Origin: Fidelibacterota bacterium
GTDB lineage: Bacteria > Fidelibacterota > UBA2242
Direction: 5' to 3'
Length of the DNA: 64,000 nt
Assembly: GCA_049975265.1 (NCBI GenBank)
Contig: JBNGDF010000011.1
Location: forward strand, 1-64,000
Shown here piece by piece: positions 39,411 to 49,483 of the stretch. The notes under the pieces were generated by a model, which was not told where the DNA came from, did not search any database, and was given only the letters and a program-made list of their open reading frames with translations. Position numbers and translations under genes: made by a program. The stretch's first letter is position 1, and every line of letters begins with the position of its first letter.

Positions 39411-39776
39411 ATGCCGATTCGTAAGACATTTGTTGTAACATTCATCCCGGCGATTCTGCTACTAAGTGTCTGTCTTCCCGTCAGACTGGAGGCTCATCCC
39501 GCGCGGGAGATTTCGGTGACCTACGATAAGGCTACCAGTCTGCTGAAGATCGTGATTGTTCACGAATCAGAAGACTTTGACCGCCATTATATTGAAAAAG
39601 TCTGGGTATCGGTGAATCAAAAAGAGCGTATCCGTCAGAGTTTCAGCAGTCAGGATGATTTGCAAGGATTGCAATTGCAGTACAAGATGTTTCATTTGAA
39701 AAAAGGGGACATCATCACGGTGGAATGTCGATGCAATATTTTCGGCAGGCAGGCAACCTCTGTTGAAATCGAGTAA
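39411..39776 (+). CDS. Small exported protein, possibly desulfoferrodoxin/SOR-like fold
   Basis: Signal peptide ending LEA-H; motifs HP, H, HYIEKV and CNIFG; GAGG RBS. Confidence 0.55.
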   Translation: MPIRKTFVVTFIPAILLLSVCLPVRLEAHPAREISVTYDKATSLLKIVIVHESEDFDRHYIEKVWVSVNQKERIRQSFSSQDDLQGLQLQYKMFHLKKGDIITVECRCNIFGRQATSVEIE

Positions 39777-40491
39777 AACCGTCCACAGAGATTATCCCGG
39801 TATCGGCACGGTTGAGTTTGTGCGGAGCCACCGTGCGCGTCGTCTGAATATTCGGATCAAGAACAGCCGTGCGGTGCGGGTGGCGGTTCCGCCGGGCATT
39901 CCGTTTCCGGTGGCGTATCTGTTCTTTGACGACCACCGGGAATGGGTGCGGCAGTCCCAGCAGCGCCTGCGCAATGCAGAGGCAGCGGAGCAACCGCTAT
40001 TTGATGAATCTTTTCGAACCCACCTACACCGTCTGCGTATCGAACAAACTGATGAAACTCTCTTCAGGTCCTGGATAACAGCCACTGAAATCCGGATATT
40101 TCTGCCTGCCGGAGTAAAGGTTAATGACGAAAACGCCCGTCGCTGGATTTTGCAGTCCGTGATTGAAACTTACCGCCAGGAAGCAAAAGATCTGTTACCG
40201 AACCGGACTGCCGAACTGGCAAAACAGTTTCAATTTAATTACAATCGATTGTTTATTAAAAATTTAAAAAGCCGTTGGGGCAGCTGTTCTGCCCGCAATA
40301 ATATTAACCTGAATCTGCAATTAATGCGCTTTGAGGAATGGGTGATCGATTATATTATTCTGCATGAATTGTTGCACACCCGGATAAGGAATCACAGCCC
40401 GCTGTTCTGGAAAAAGCTGACAGCGATATATCCGGCTACACCATCAGCCCGCAACCTTTTGAGAAGCGTTAAACCGTACATTCTTTACTGA
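39763..40491 (+). CDS. YgjP/DUF45-like (M48/SprT) zinc metallohydrolase
   Basis: RARRLNIRI, KSRWGSCS, IDYIILHELLH..NHS..FW. Confidence 0.88.
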   Translation: MKSSKTVHRDYPGIGTVEFVRSHRARRLNIRIKNSRAVRVAVPPGIPFPVAYLFFDDHREWVRQSQQRLRNAEAAEQPLFDESFRTHLHRLRIEQTDETLFRSWITATEIRIFLPAGVKVNDENARRWILQSVIETYRQEAKDLLPNRTAELAKQFQFNYNRLFIKNLKSRWGSCSARNNINLNLQLMRFEEWVIDYIILHELLHTRIRNHSPLFWKKLTAIYPATPSARNLLRSVKPYILY

Positions 40492-40666
40492 TCTCTTTAA
40501 GTAATTAGACTCACCAAGCGAACTAAAATTAAATATATACCGGATTAGAAACTGTCAAATCCGGTTGAACTACTTAAATAATTTAAGAATCCTGTTTCAA
40601 CTTCAGTGGAGATATATTAAATTTTATTCATGGGACTCGGCAGTGGCGGAGTTTAAGCAGGAGTTG

Positions 40667-42556
40667 ATGATGACAGACAGCCTACGTGGATTGCTTACCG
40701 ATGGGGATTTTCAAAAAATAATCGCCTTGGAAAATCGGTATGTCGTTGATATTCTGGAAGATACTATCCGGGTTTGCCGACCGGCAAAAGTCACGGTGTT
40801 GGATGACAGCGCGGCAGATATTGAATATGTGCGACGGCTCGCCATCCAAACGGGAGAAGAACGACCCCTGAAAATTGAGGGGCATACGATTCATTTTGAC
40901 AGTTATCGGGATCAGGCTCGGGATAAAAAAAATACCCGGGTCTTGCGGGGAGCCGATACGGAACTGGGGAGGCATATCAACTGGATCGATCGGGATGAGG
41001 GTCTGCGGGAGATCTATGGACTGATGGACGGAATCATGCGGGGCAAGGAGATGCTGGTCCGGTTTTTCTGCCTCGGTCCACAGGAATCGCGCTTCTCGAT
41101 CCCGGCTCTGCAGATTACCGATTCCGCCTATGTTGCCCATTCGGAAGATATCCTGTATCGGCAGGGTTATCGGGAGTTTAAGCGGCTGAACGGAAGCGGG
41201 GACTTTTTCCGTTTTATTCATTCCGCTGGTGAACTCGATGAACGGGGCAAGACGAAGAACGATCATTTGCGACGGATTTATATTGATCTGAAAAAAAACC
41301 GGGTGCTCAGCATCAACAATCAGTACGCCGGTAACAGTCTGGGATTGAAAAAACTGGCGTTGCGATTGGCGATTCATAAATCCAATCACGAAGATTGGTT
41401 GACGGAACATATGTTTATTATGGGTGTCCACGCGCCGGATAAGAACCGGACGAGCTATTTTACCGGCGCCTTCCCCAGCGCCTGCGGAAAAACGAGTACC
41501 GCCATGATTCCGGGACAGACCATCGTTGGAGACGATATCGCCTACTTGCGGATTTGGGAAGATGGGAGTTGTCATGCGGTCAATATTGAATCAGGGATTT
41601 TTGGCATTATCACTGACGTAAATCCGGTTGATGATCCGCTGATATATCAATGCCTGACCACGCCGCGGGAATTGATTTTTTCCAATTTGCTGATTCATAA
41701 CGGGACACCTTACTGGCTCGGTATGGGACAGGAGCTGCCCGACCGTGGCGAGAATCATTACGGGCTTTATGAAAAGGGACAAACGGACTGTCAGGGCAAT
41801 CTCGTTCCACCGGCTCATAAAAATGCCCGCTACACCATTCGTATCAGCGAGTTGGACAATGTCGATCCGGAAGTGGAGAATCCCGATGGTGTTCGGATAG
41901 ACGGAATCATTTACGGCGGTCGGGATTCCGATACGAATGTACCTGTTTGCCAGTCGCTGAGCTGGGAGCATGGCGTCTTTCTGGGGGCTTGTCTGGAATC
42001 GGAGACCACGGCGGCGACCATCGGCCAGGAGGGAGTGCGCATGCATTCACCCATGGCTAATCTCGATTTTGTGGTGGTGCCCCTTTACCGTTATATTCGG
42101 AATCATCTGGAATTTGGACGCCATCTGAAAAGACAGCCGCTGATTTTTTCCACCAACTATTTTCTAAAGGACCCGTCGGGCAGCTATTATTTGGACAAGC
42201 TGGCAAAAAAGGTCTGGATTCTCTGGGCGGAAGGGCGGGTACACAACGAATACGACGCCATCGCATCACCGGTGGGCTATCTTCCGGTCTATGACGATCT
42301 CAAGTCTCTTTTTGAAACCGTTTTGTCCAGACCATTTCATTACGATCTGTACCGGGAAGTATTTGCTATTCGGATTGAGCGGCTTTTTCAGAAGCTGGAT
42401 CGAATGGAAAAGATATACGATGACCCCCGGCTGCCGAAAGAGTTCACGGCTATGTTTCAGGATCAGAGAAACCGGCTGGAGGCTGCCCGGCAACGGTTTA
42501 ATACGGATATTGTTTATCCCGATATGTTGACTGTAGGCGGAAGTGACCAGAGGTAA
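40667..42556 (+). CDS. pckG: Phosphoenolpyruvate carboxykinase (GTP)
   Basis: QITDSAYV, YAGNSLGLKK, WLTEHM, AFPSACGKTSTAM, VGDDIA, IYGGRD, SETTAA. Start at 40667 after AGGAG. Confidence 0.92.
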   Translation: MMTDSLRGLLTDGDFQKIIALENRYVVDILEDTIRVCRPAKVTVLDDSAADIEYVRRLAIQTGEERPLKIEGHTIHFDSYRDQARDKKNTRVLRGADTELGRHINWIDRDEGLREIYGLMDGIMRGKEMLVRFFCLGPQESRFSIPALQITDSAYVAHSEDILYRQGYREFKRLNGSGDFFRFIHSAGELDERGKTKNDHLRRIYIDLKKNRVLSINNQYAGNSLGLKKLALRLAIHKSNHEDWLTEHMFIMGVHAPDKNRTSYFTGAFPSACGKTSTAMIPGQTIVGDDIAYLRIWEDGSCHAVNIESGIFGIITDVNPVDDPLIYQCLTTPRELIFSNLLIHNGTPYWLGMGQELPDRGENHYGLYEKGQTDCQGNLVPPAHKNARYTIRISELDNVDPEVENPDGVRIDGIIYGGRDSDTNVPVCQSLSWEHGVFLGACLESETTAATIGQEGVRMHSPMANLDFVVVPLYRYIRNHLEFGRHLKRQPLIFSTNYFLKDPSGSYYLDKLAKKVWILWAEGRVHNEYDAIASPVGYLPVYDDLKSLFETVLSRPFHYDLYREVFAIRIERLFQKLDRMEKIYDDPRLPKEFTAMFQDQRNRLEAARQRFNTDIVYPDMLTVGGSDQR

Positions 42557-42583
42557 AGCAACCGGTGGTTTTTATACAAGAAA

Positions 42584-42964
42584 TCAGCGCTCTTTAGCGT
42601 ATTTTTTATCTAACTCCCGCAGGCGGTCTAAACTTTCCGGCGAATTCATATTGGAGCCTTTCCCGAAAGGGTGATAGGCGATGCCGGTGGCAAGGCTGTA
42701 CCCGTCACTGGATTCTCTTTGCCAGCAGACCTTTGCCAGCAGCTCCAGCGGGTCCTCTTTCGGAATGAACAGTTTCACGATGACAGTCTTACCTTTGCGC
42801 AATTCGTCGTCACAGGCAAAGGAGAGTCCGCCTTTGCTGATATTATAGAGTCGAATAGTGTTTAGATACTTTTTAGACCGGAAAAATCCGATGGTTTTAT
42901 ACTGCAGCGATGCATTCGGAATTTCGAAGCGGTGACATGTTCGTTTCTCAAAACCCTGTACCAA
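42584..42964 (-). CDS. PilZ-domain protein
   Basis: EKRTCHR (RxxxR) and NISKGG (D/NxSxxG) c-di-GMP motifs; start uncertain. Confidence 0.8.
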   Translation of the reverse strand: MVQGFEKRTCHRFEIPNASLQYKTIGFFRSKKYLNTIRLYNISKGGLSFACDDELRKGKTVIVKLFIPKEDPLELLAKVCWQRESSDGYSLATGIAYHPFGKGSNMNSPESLDRLRELDKKYAKER

Positions 42965-42991
42965 GTTTCTTTTCTCTTTCTATTTGCCGGG

Positions 42992-43690
42992 TTAGTCAAA
43001 CTCTTCCCATTTAATCTCTTTGATATAGTAGCTCACCTTGGCGTCTTCGGGAACCTCTACTGCGCATTCAAAATCGAACGATCGACCCGGTTCGATGGTG
43101 GCGTCGGTTTGCACGCCGCTTTTGTACATGTGATAATTACCGGCAATCAGAGTTGAATCGGCGGCAAGCAGACGCGTCCCTTCGTCGTAAAGTTTGAAAA
43201 TGATCCGGACGAAGTCTGCCCTCCGGATGCCTTCGTTTTTGATTTTGCCCTTGAAAATGCGTCTGTTTTCATAGACCTTTTCGGTAATGGGACCTTCGAC
43301 GACGCATTTGGCTTTGGGCAGATCGGCTTTGCGGGTCTGCTTGATGCTGTTTTTCGAAAGAGTTAACTGCCCGATCTGGGTCTGGACGACGATGCGGTCC
43401 ATATCTTCATGGATGATTTTCCCTTTCACGATGGTGCCGTTATTCAGGATAATCTCATGGGTCATTTCGGGCAGTTGGATCAGTTTGTTGATTTCGCTGC
43501 GAATTTCCGGAATCGAGACGCGGATTTCCATCTCCCGCATCTGTCTGCGGATTTCCGCCAACTCTTTGCGCAGACTTTCGATGTCCTGATCGACCTTAAA
43601 AAACTTTTCGGTGACGGTTGTTTTCTTTTGAGCCAACGCTGTCAGGCTGAATATCAAAGCCAGGAAGAGGATCGCAATCGTCTTTTTCAT
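42992..43690 (-). CDS. Secreted hypothetical protein (coiled coil + FxLYD-like C-terminal domain)
   Basis: Signal peptide ending ALA-Q; GKIKNEG...IFKLYD; ATGA overlap with the upstream gene. Confidence 0.65.
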   Translation of the reverse strand: MKKTIAILFLALIFSLTALAQKKTTVTEKFFKVDQDIESLRKELAEIRRQMREMEIRVSIPEIRSEINKLIQLPEMTHEIILNNGTIVKGKIIHEDMDRIVVQTQIGQLTLSKNSIKQTRKADLPKAKCVVEGPITEKVYENRRIFKGKIKNEGIRRADFVRIIFKLYDEGTRLLAADSTLIAGNYHMYKSGVQTDATIEPGRSFDFECAVEVPEDAKVSYYIKEIKWEEFD

Positions 43691-44778
43691 GGTGTCACCA
43701 TCGCTTTTTGTTGCGCCAGAAATGCCTTGCGGCGCAATTTTTCGAAAGCCACCGGATCCCCGAGCGCCGTCGCCATCGCAGTCATTTCATCGAAGAGAAC
43801 ATAGTTTTTCGGGTCTTCCATCATGGGCAATAGCTGCTCGAATATTTCCGGATCATTGAATTTAATCAGAGCGGTCAGGGCATCTTTGCGGGTTTTCAGG
43901 GGGAAATCCTGGTTTTGGGTAATTTCTGCCAGGGTCGGGATAACCGCCGGATCGGAGAAGTCTCCCAATGCGCGTGTCAGAATTTCCGTTAATTTGAAGT
44001 AATCTTCCTTGCCGGCGTTGAAGGTTTCCAGCAGCGCCAGAATGACGTCTGCCTGTTTGACATCCGCGACGGCTTGCAGGGCGAAATCGCGGATTTGCTG
44101 CTGCGATTCCGGGTCGCCGAGCATCTCGATGAAGGTCTGCGTGATCAGGGGATGCTGGCGTTTTCCCAGAATTTCCAGAGCCAGCGACCGTACCGAAAGG
44201 CTGACGGTTTTATCCTTGGCAATGTTGATCAATATGGGGATCACCTTATCGTCTTCGGCGGATCCGAGTACCCGGGCGAGCGACTCCTGCACCAGGGCAT
44301 AATTTTCTTTTTCCGTTTGGTATAAATTCAGCAGCTGTTCAACCTGGGCGGTGATGTCGGCAGTTTCGAGTTTTGCCATGGCGGCGGTGCGGAATTCAAT
44401 ATATTTCTGCTGGGCGGAGACCAATCCTTTGACAATCGCATCGACATTTTCCGGGGTGGGATTCTTGATCAGTTCGGTGGCGGATGCAGTCAGCAGTGCG
44501 TAATTGAGACCGACTCCCTGTGCCATAAAATCGTGGATCAGTTTGATAGCATCGGGGTGCATTGTCTGAGCCATAGCCTGCAGAACCGCGATTCGGGTTT
44601 CGATCGGCTGCGAGGGGTCCTTATAGATCGCCATCATCTCTTCGATGGTATTCAGATCGCCCTTGTTGTAATCGACCCGCAGCTGCTCGACATCCTCTTC
44701 ACTAATGGTGGCCACTTTGGTGGCACACGTTGCCAGCAGCAGAGACAGAATGATAGTCAACGGTACTATTCTTTTCAT
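43687..44778 (-). CDS. HEAT-repeat putative lipoprotein
   Basis: Signal ending LLATC; repeated helical units (VRSLALEILG, IRDFALQAV, TRKDALTAL). Confidence 0.7.
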   Translation of the reverse strand: MKRIVPLTIILSLLLATCATKVATISEEDVEQLRVDYNKGDLNTIEEMMAIYKDPSQPIETRIAVLQAMAQTMHPDAIKLIHDFMAQGVGLNYALLTASATELIKNPTPENVDAIVKGLVSAQQKYIEFRTAAMAKLETADITAQVEQLLNLYQTEKENYALVQESLARVLGSAEDDKVIPILINIAKDKTVSLSVRSLALEILGKRQHPLITQTFIEMLGDPESQQQIRDFALQAVADVKQADVILALLETFNAGKEDYFKLTEILTRALGDFSDPAVIPTLAEITQNQDFPLKTRKDALTALIKFNDPEIFEQLLPMMEDPKNYVLFDEMTAMATALGDPVAFEKLRRKAFLAQQKAMVTP

Positions 44779-44855
44779 AATGATGTCACTCTTCTTTTAA
44801 TTATTTTGATTTTAGAATTTTTAAGCCTTTATGTCAAGCAAAAATTAGGTTTCAC

Positions 44856-45614
44856 TTAAAGTGATTTTTGAAGGGTTTCGGGCTTCCAGTAGCACAGATG
44901 CAGATCATGACCGTCGAAATAGGCGAAGGTGAAATAGCGAATCCAGTCACCCAGATTGACGAATTTTCCGGTTCTGAAACGATGTTCTGTCGGAAGATGA
45001 AAATGCCCGGTGATGACATAGTCATATCCCTGAGAGAGAGTTTTTTCTCCGTATTGAATCAGTTCTTGGCGCTCCTGTTCCAGCAATTCGGGATTGCGTA
45101 GTGTCAGATGCCGGCTTTTTCCGGAAATATATTTGGCGATTCCGAAAGCAACGCCCGGATGAATCAGTCGGAATAGTGCGATAAAAAAACGGTTGCGCAA
45201 AATCTTTTTCATCAGCCGGTAGCCGCGGTCGCGCTTGAGAATACCGTCCCCGTGATAGATAAAGAACCTTTTACCGTCAATCGTGATGTCCACGGAATCG
45301 GGATGAAACGGGATACCGAGTTCGTCGGGAAAAAAGGAGCCGACCCAGTAATCGTGATTCCCGGCAAGCATGTGTATTTCGCAACCTGCATCAACCATCT
45401 CCTGCAGCTGGCGCAGGACCCGGAAGAAGTGGCGCGGGATAACATATCGGTATTCAAACCAGAAATCGAACATATCTCCGACAATGTACAGAGTTGCTTT
45501 ATGTTCTTTAACCTCATCAAGGAAATCGAGCAGATAGCCCCTTTTCCGATTTTCCGATTCGGAATGGTAACAGTTAAGATGAATATCGGAAATAAAGTAA
45601 ACCTGCCTTGCCAT
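44856..45614 (-). CDS. lpxH: UDP-2,3-diacylglucosamine diphosphatase
   Basis: FISDIHL, GDMFDFWFEY, GNHD, HGDG, GHFH, NLGDW. Confidence 0.85.
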   Translation of the reverse strand: MARQVYFISDIHLNCYHSESENRKRGYLLDFLDEVKEHKATLYIVGDMFDFWFEYRYVIPRHFFRVLRQLQEMVDAGCEIHMLAGNHDYWVGSFFPDELGIPFHPDSVDITIDGKRFFIYHGDGILKRDRGYRLMKKILRNRFFIALFRLIHPGVAFGIAKYISGKSRHLTLRNPELLEQERQELIQYGEKTLSQGYDYVITGHFHLPTEHRFRTGKFVNLGDWIRYFTFAYFDGHDLHLCYWKPETLQKSL

Positions 45615-45812
45615 CTGCAGAGCAATTTAATATTTTGTCTGTTAAGGGCAAAGTACAAATTCAGTTTCAAATTTGCTGAAAATGGGAATCGGTTACTTTA
45701 TCTTGGAAAAGAGCCGCTGCTTTCCACAGAGATCCGCGGTCGTTTTCGAGGGTGATTGCCATGGCATTACTTTTGTAAAGCAGGCTCCATGAACAACCAC
45801 AGGAAATAGCGA

Positions 45813-46898
45813 ATGGATAATGAAGTCGTCCTTGCCATCAATCCCGGTTCAACCTCGACCAAACTGGCACTGTACAATCGCCAGGGTCCGGTCAGGATCG
45901 AGAAAATCGATCATTCAGGAACGGAAATCTGTAATATGTATTCCATTTCCGAGCAGTTACCCCTGCGGCTCGATATTATCAAAAAAACCTTTAAACCCTG
46001 GCTTGAAGGTCAACGGCTGGTAGCGGTCGTCGGGCGCGGCGGACTGGTCAAGCCGTTGAAAGGCGGGATTTATGCGGTCAATGACGACCTTATGGATGAT
46101 ACCATCAACTGCAAGTATGCCACGCATGCCAGTAACCTGGGAGCATCGATCGCGCACGGCATTGCCAGGGAGTATGATGTACCCGCTTTCGTGGTGGACC
46201 CCGTTACTGTAGATGAAATGATCCCCGAAGCACGGATCTCCGGCGTACCGGAGATTGAACGCAAAAGCCGGCTGCATGCCCTGAATGTAAACGCCTGTGT
46301 GCGCAGGGAGGCGGCGCGGCTGGGGAAATCGATTGAGGAGACCCGGTTTGTTGTGGCGCATCTCGGCGGCGGAATCACCGTCGCAGTTGTTGATCGGGGC
46401 AAGATCATTGACTGCAACGATGCCCTGATGGGGATGGGTCCATTTTCCCCAGAACGAGCCGGCGCCCTGCCTCTGGAACCGCTGATTAAAATGGCGATGA
46501 GCGGTTCCTATTCGTTCAAGGATTTATACCGGAAACTGACCAAAAACAGCGGGTTGAAAGGCTATCTGGGGACCGGTGATGTGCGGGAAGTGTTGGAGCG
46601 CATCGACCAGGGCGATGAAGAGGCGGCACTGATCTACCGGGCGATGATTTATCAGGTTGCCAAGGAGATTGGTGCAATGGCGACAACGTTGAGCGGAAAT
46701 CTGGATGCCATTATCCTGACTGGCGGTATTGCCCACTCCCAACGGGTGATTCAGGATATCAGTGCGCGGGTGAAATTTATTGCCGATATTCGCCTTTATC
46801 CCGGTGAAAATGAATTGGAGTCACTGGCAGCCGGTGGCTTCCGGGCGGTTGATGGGGAACAGGAGATTCAGACCTATGTCAGTGAACCTGAAGAATGA
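45813..46898 (+). CDS. buk: Butyrate kinase
   Basis: INPGSTSTK, GRGG, HASNLG, VDPVTVDE, HALN, AHLGGGI, GPFSPERAG, PGENE. Confidence 0.95.
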   Translation: MDNEVVLAINPGSTSTKLALYNRQGPVRIEKIDHSGTEICNMYSISEQLPLRLDIIKKTFKPWLEGQRLVAVVGRGGLVKPLKGGIYAVNDDLMDDTINCKYATHASNLGASIAHGIAREYDVPAFVVDPVTVDEMIPEARISGVPEIERKSRLHALNVNACVRREAARLGKSIEETRFVVAHLGGGITVAVVDRGKIIDCNDALMGMGPFSPERAGALPLEPLIKMAMSGSYSFKDLYRKLTKNSGLKGYLGTGDVREVLERIDQGDEEAALIYRAMIYQVAKEIGAMATTLSGNLDAIILTGGIAHSQRVIQDISARVKFIADIRLYPGENELESLAAGGFRAVDGEQEIQTYVSEPEE

Positions 46899-46910
46899 CG
46901 GAGAGATGCA

Positions 46911-47813
46911 ATGATTACGAGCTATGCTGAGATTTTGGCGGCGGTCCAGGCAAATAAACGTCGCAAGACCATTTCGATTGCCATGGCTGACGATCCCAGT
47001 GTGTTACACGCGATTAAAGCCGTTGCCGAAAAGGGACTGGCAAAGGCTGTTCTTGTCGGAGATAGCCGGCGAATCAAAACCATTGCCGAAAAGGTCGGCT
47101 ATTCCATCAGTGATGAGATGATCGTCCATGCCGTTGAAGAGCGGGAAATTGCCTTTCGGGCGGTGGAACAGATTCGCAACGGAAAAGCCGAAATTCTGAT
47201 GAAAGGGCATATCTCAACACCGATTCTGATGAAAGCCGTTCTCGACCGTGACACCGGCTTGCGGACCGGCAGTATCCTGAGTCACGTGGCGGTCGCAGAG
47301 GTCCCGACATATCCCAAAATGCTGATCACCGGCGACGGCGGTATCACCATCACTCCCGATCTCGCAGCCAAGCAGGCGATCCTGGACAACATGATTGCGG
47401 TTTGCCGTAAGCTAGCAATTGAGCAACCGAAAATCTGTGCCCTCTGTCCGATCGAGAAGATAAATCCCAAAATTCAGGAAACAGTTGATGCGGCGGAATT
47501 GCGAAAAATTGCCGAAAGCGGTGAGTTTGGTGATATCATTCTGGAAGGACCGATGGCAATGGATGTAGCCCTGTCTGCCGACGCCGCCCGCAAAAAGGGG
47601 ATTGCGAGCCGGATTGCCGGAGACACCGATGTCATTCTGGTCCCCAATATCACCAGCGGGAATGCCATTATCAAGCTGCTCATGTACCTTGCCAATGCCA
47701 AAGTTGGGGGCTTGGTGGTGGGTGCCAAAGTGCCGATTATCCTGCTTTCCCGCTCCGATAAACCGGAAGAAAAATTCAACTCCATGATTCTGGCACTATT
47801 GGTTGCGGATTAA
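46911..47813 (+). CDS. ptb: Phosphate butyryltransferase
   Basis: LMKG, LSHV, EGPMAMD.A, KKGI, VPNI.SGN, GAKVPIILLSRSD; adjacent to buk. Confidence 0.88.
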   Translation: MITSYAEILAAVQANKRRKTISIAMADDPSVLHAIKAVAEKGLAKAVLVGDSRRIKTIAEKVGYSISDEMIVHAVEEREIAFRAVEQIRNGKAEILMKGHISTPILMKAVLDRDTGLRTGSILSHVAVAEVPTYPKMLITGDGGITITPDLAAKQAILDNMIAVCRKLAIEQPKICALCPIEKINPKIQETVDAAELRKIAESGEFGDIILEGPMAMDVALSADAARKKGIASRIAGDTDVILVPNITSGNAIIKLLMYLANAKVGGLVVGAKVPIILLSRSDKPEEKFNSMILALLVAD

Positions 47814-48042
47814 TGATAATTGCCGACCCTATAACTGCTGTAGTAAGTGGGTCGTTCCGAAATGTGTGAGCTGCCCTGATAGTTTGCCTCATCATTGACC
47901 ACTTTCAGACAGTGTGATAACAAACAAACCGGATGCTGGCTGTTTCATCGCACCATTTTCAATGCTTTTCAAATTGAAATTTGGTCACCGATTGATTAAC
48001 TTCCGGGCGCACAATGAAAGACAGTGAATAAAAGGAGAAAAC

Positions 48043-49269
48043 ATGTCAGTTGCAATACTCTGTGGTGGAGGACCGGCGCCGGGTATCAATACAGTCGTCG
48101 CCTCAATCACCAAATCCTTTATCCGGAACGGCATGAACGTTATCGGGCTGCATCACGGCTATACCGGTCTGTTTCGCAAGAACGCCAAAATTGAGGAGTT
48201 GGATTTTTTCAAAGCCGACAGCATTTTCAATCGCGGTGGATCCTATCTTAAAATGAGCCGTTTCAAACCGACGGATAATGACTTTATGGAAAACTTTAAC
48301 CTGGCACTATTCAAAAAGCACAATATTGAATTGCTGGTCACAATCGGTGGTGATGATACTGCTTCCACAGCCAACCGGGTGGCGAAATTTCTCCGGGAAA
48401 AGGGCTATCCCATCGCCAATATCCACGTGCCCAAGACGATTGATAACGATCTGCCGCTGCCCAACCACTCCCCGACATTCGGCTATACCACGGCGGAAGA
48501 TACCGGGTCAAAGATTGCTGCGACTATTTACGAAGACGCCCGCACCAGCGAAAACTGGTTCGTGATTGCCGCCATGGGACGTTCAGCCGGGCACCTGGCA
48601 TTCGGTGTCGGTTCTGCCTGTCATCTGCCGATGATCGTCATTCCGGAGATGTTTAACAAGACCGAAATAACCATAGAGCGCATTGTCAATCTGGTGATTT
48701 CCGCGATGATAAAGCGCAAAATCATAGGTGTCAATTACGGTGTGGCAATCATTTCAGAGGGCGTTTTTCATGCCCTCAGTGACGATGAAATCAAGCGATC
48801 GGGGCTCCGCTTTAGTTACGACGATCATGGACACCCGGAGCTGGGAAAAATTTCCAAAGCGCAGCTCTTTAACGATCTGTTGAATGTAAAATATAAAGAG
48901 ATCGGACTGAAAATAAAATCCCGACCGATCGAGTTGGGCTATGAGGTACGGTGTGTGACGCCGGTAGGTTACGATCTGGTGTACTGTACCCTGCTGGGCA
49001 ACGGCGTTTATCAGCTGTACAAAGAGGGCGCCAGCGGCTGCATGGTGTATGTGAACAGCGCCGGTGACGCCAGCCCCCTTTTCCTGAAAGACCTGGAGGG
49101 GGTGGATGGCAAAATCCCGCCACGCCTGGTGGATATCGAGAGCCAAAAAGCCCGGTCTGTCGTTCAAAATATTTTACAATATGTAACGGAGAAAGATTAC
49201 GAAGCCGCCAGAGCTTATGTACCGGATCCTGAAAATTACGATTTTCATAAGATATTAAACTGGATTTGA
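48043..49269 (+). CDS. 6-phosphofructokinase, probably PPi-dependent
   Basis: GGGPAPGIN, GGDD and PKTIDND (Asp/Lys signature of PPi-PFK), MGRSAGH, LGYE.R. Confidence 0.88.
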   Translation: MSVAILCGGGPAPGINTVVASITKSFIRNGMNVIGLHHGYTGLFRKNAKIEELDFFKADSIFNRGGSYLKMSRFKPTDNDFMENFNLALFKKHNIELLVTIGGDDTASTANRVAKFLREKGYPIANIHVPKTIDNDLPLPNHSPTFGYTTAEDTGSKIAATIYEDARTSENWFVIAAMGRSAGHLAFGVGSACHLPMIVIPEMFNKTEITIERIVNLVISAMIKRKIIGVNYGVAIISEGVFHALSDDEIKRSGLRFSYDDHGHPELGKISKAQLFNDLLNVKYKEIGLKIKSRPIELGYEVRCVTPVGYDLVYCTLLGNGVYQLYKEGASGCMVYVNSAGDASPLFLKDLEGVDGKIPPRLVDIESQKARSVVQNILQYVTEKDYEAARAYVPDPENYDFHKILNWI

Positions 49270-49483
49270 ACGGCATTTATATCAGCATACGGCTATTTTG
49301 TACCGCGAATTGCGGCGGCGGGATTTGTTTTTCCCCTGTGAAAATTGTAAGTTTTAAGTCGAAATGTGGCTGTTTCTCAAATCAAGTTATGCGGAATTAA
49401 GCGAGATTTCAGATTTTGGTAATGAATTTTTGGCACTCTGAAGCAGAAAAGCGAAGTAAATAGTTATATACATGGAGAATATC

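Noticed and set aside
40682..41575. 297-aa - strand ORF
   Set aside because: Antisense shadow of PEPCK.
47824..47930. cgaccc...gggtcg hairpin and a TGTGATAAC half-site upstream of the PFK gene
   Set aside because: Short stem and incomplete palindrome; not distinguishable from chance and no riboswitch consensus recognised.
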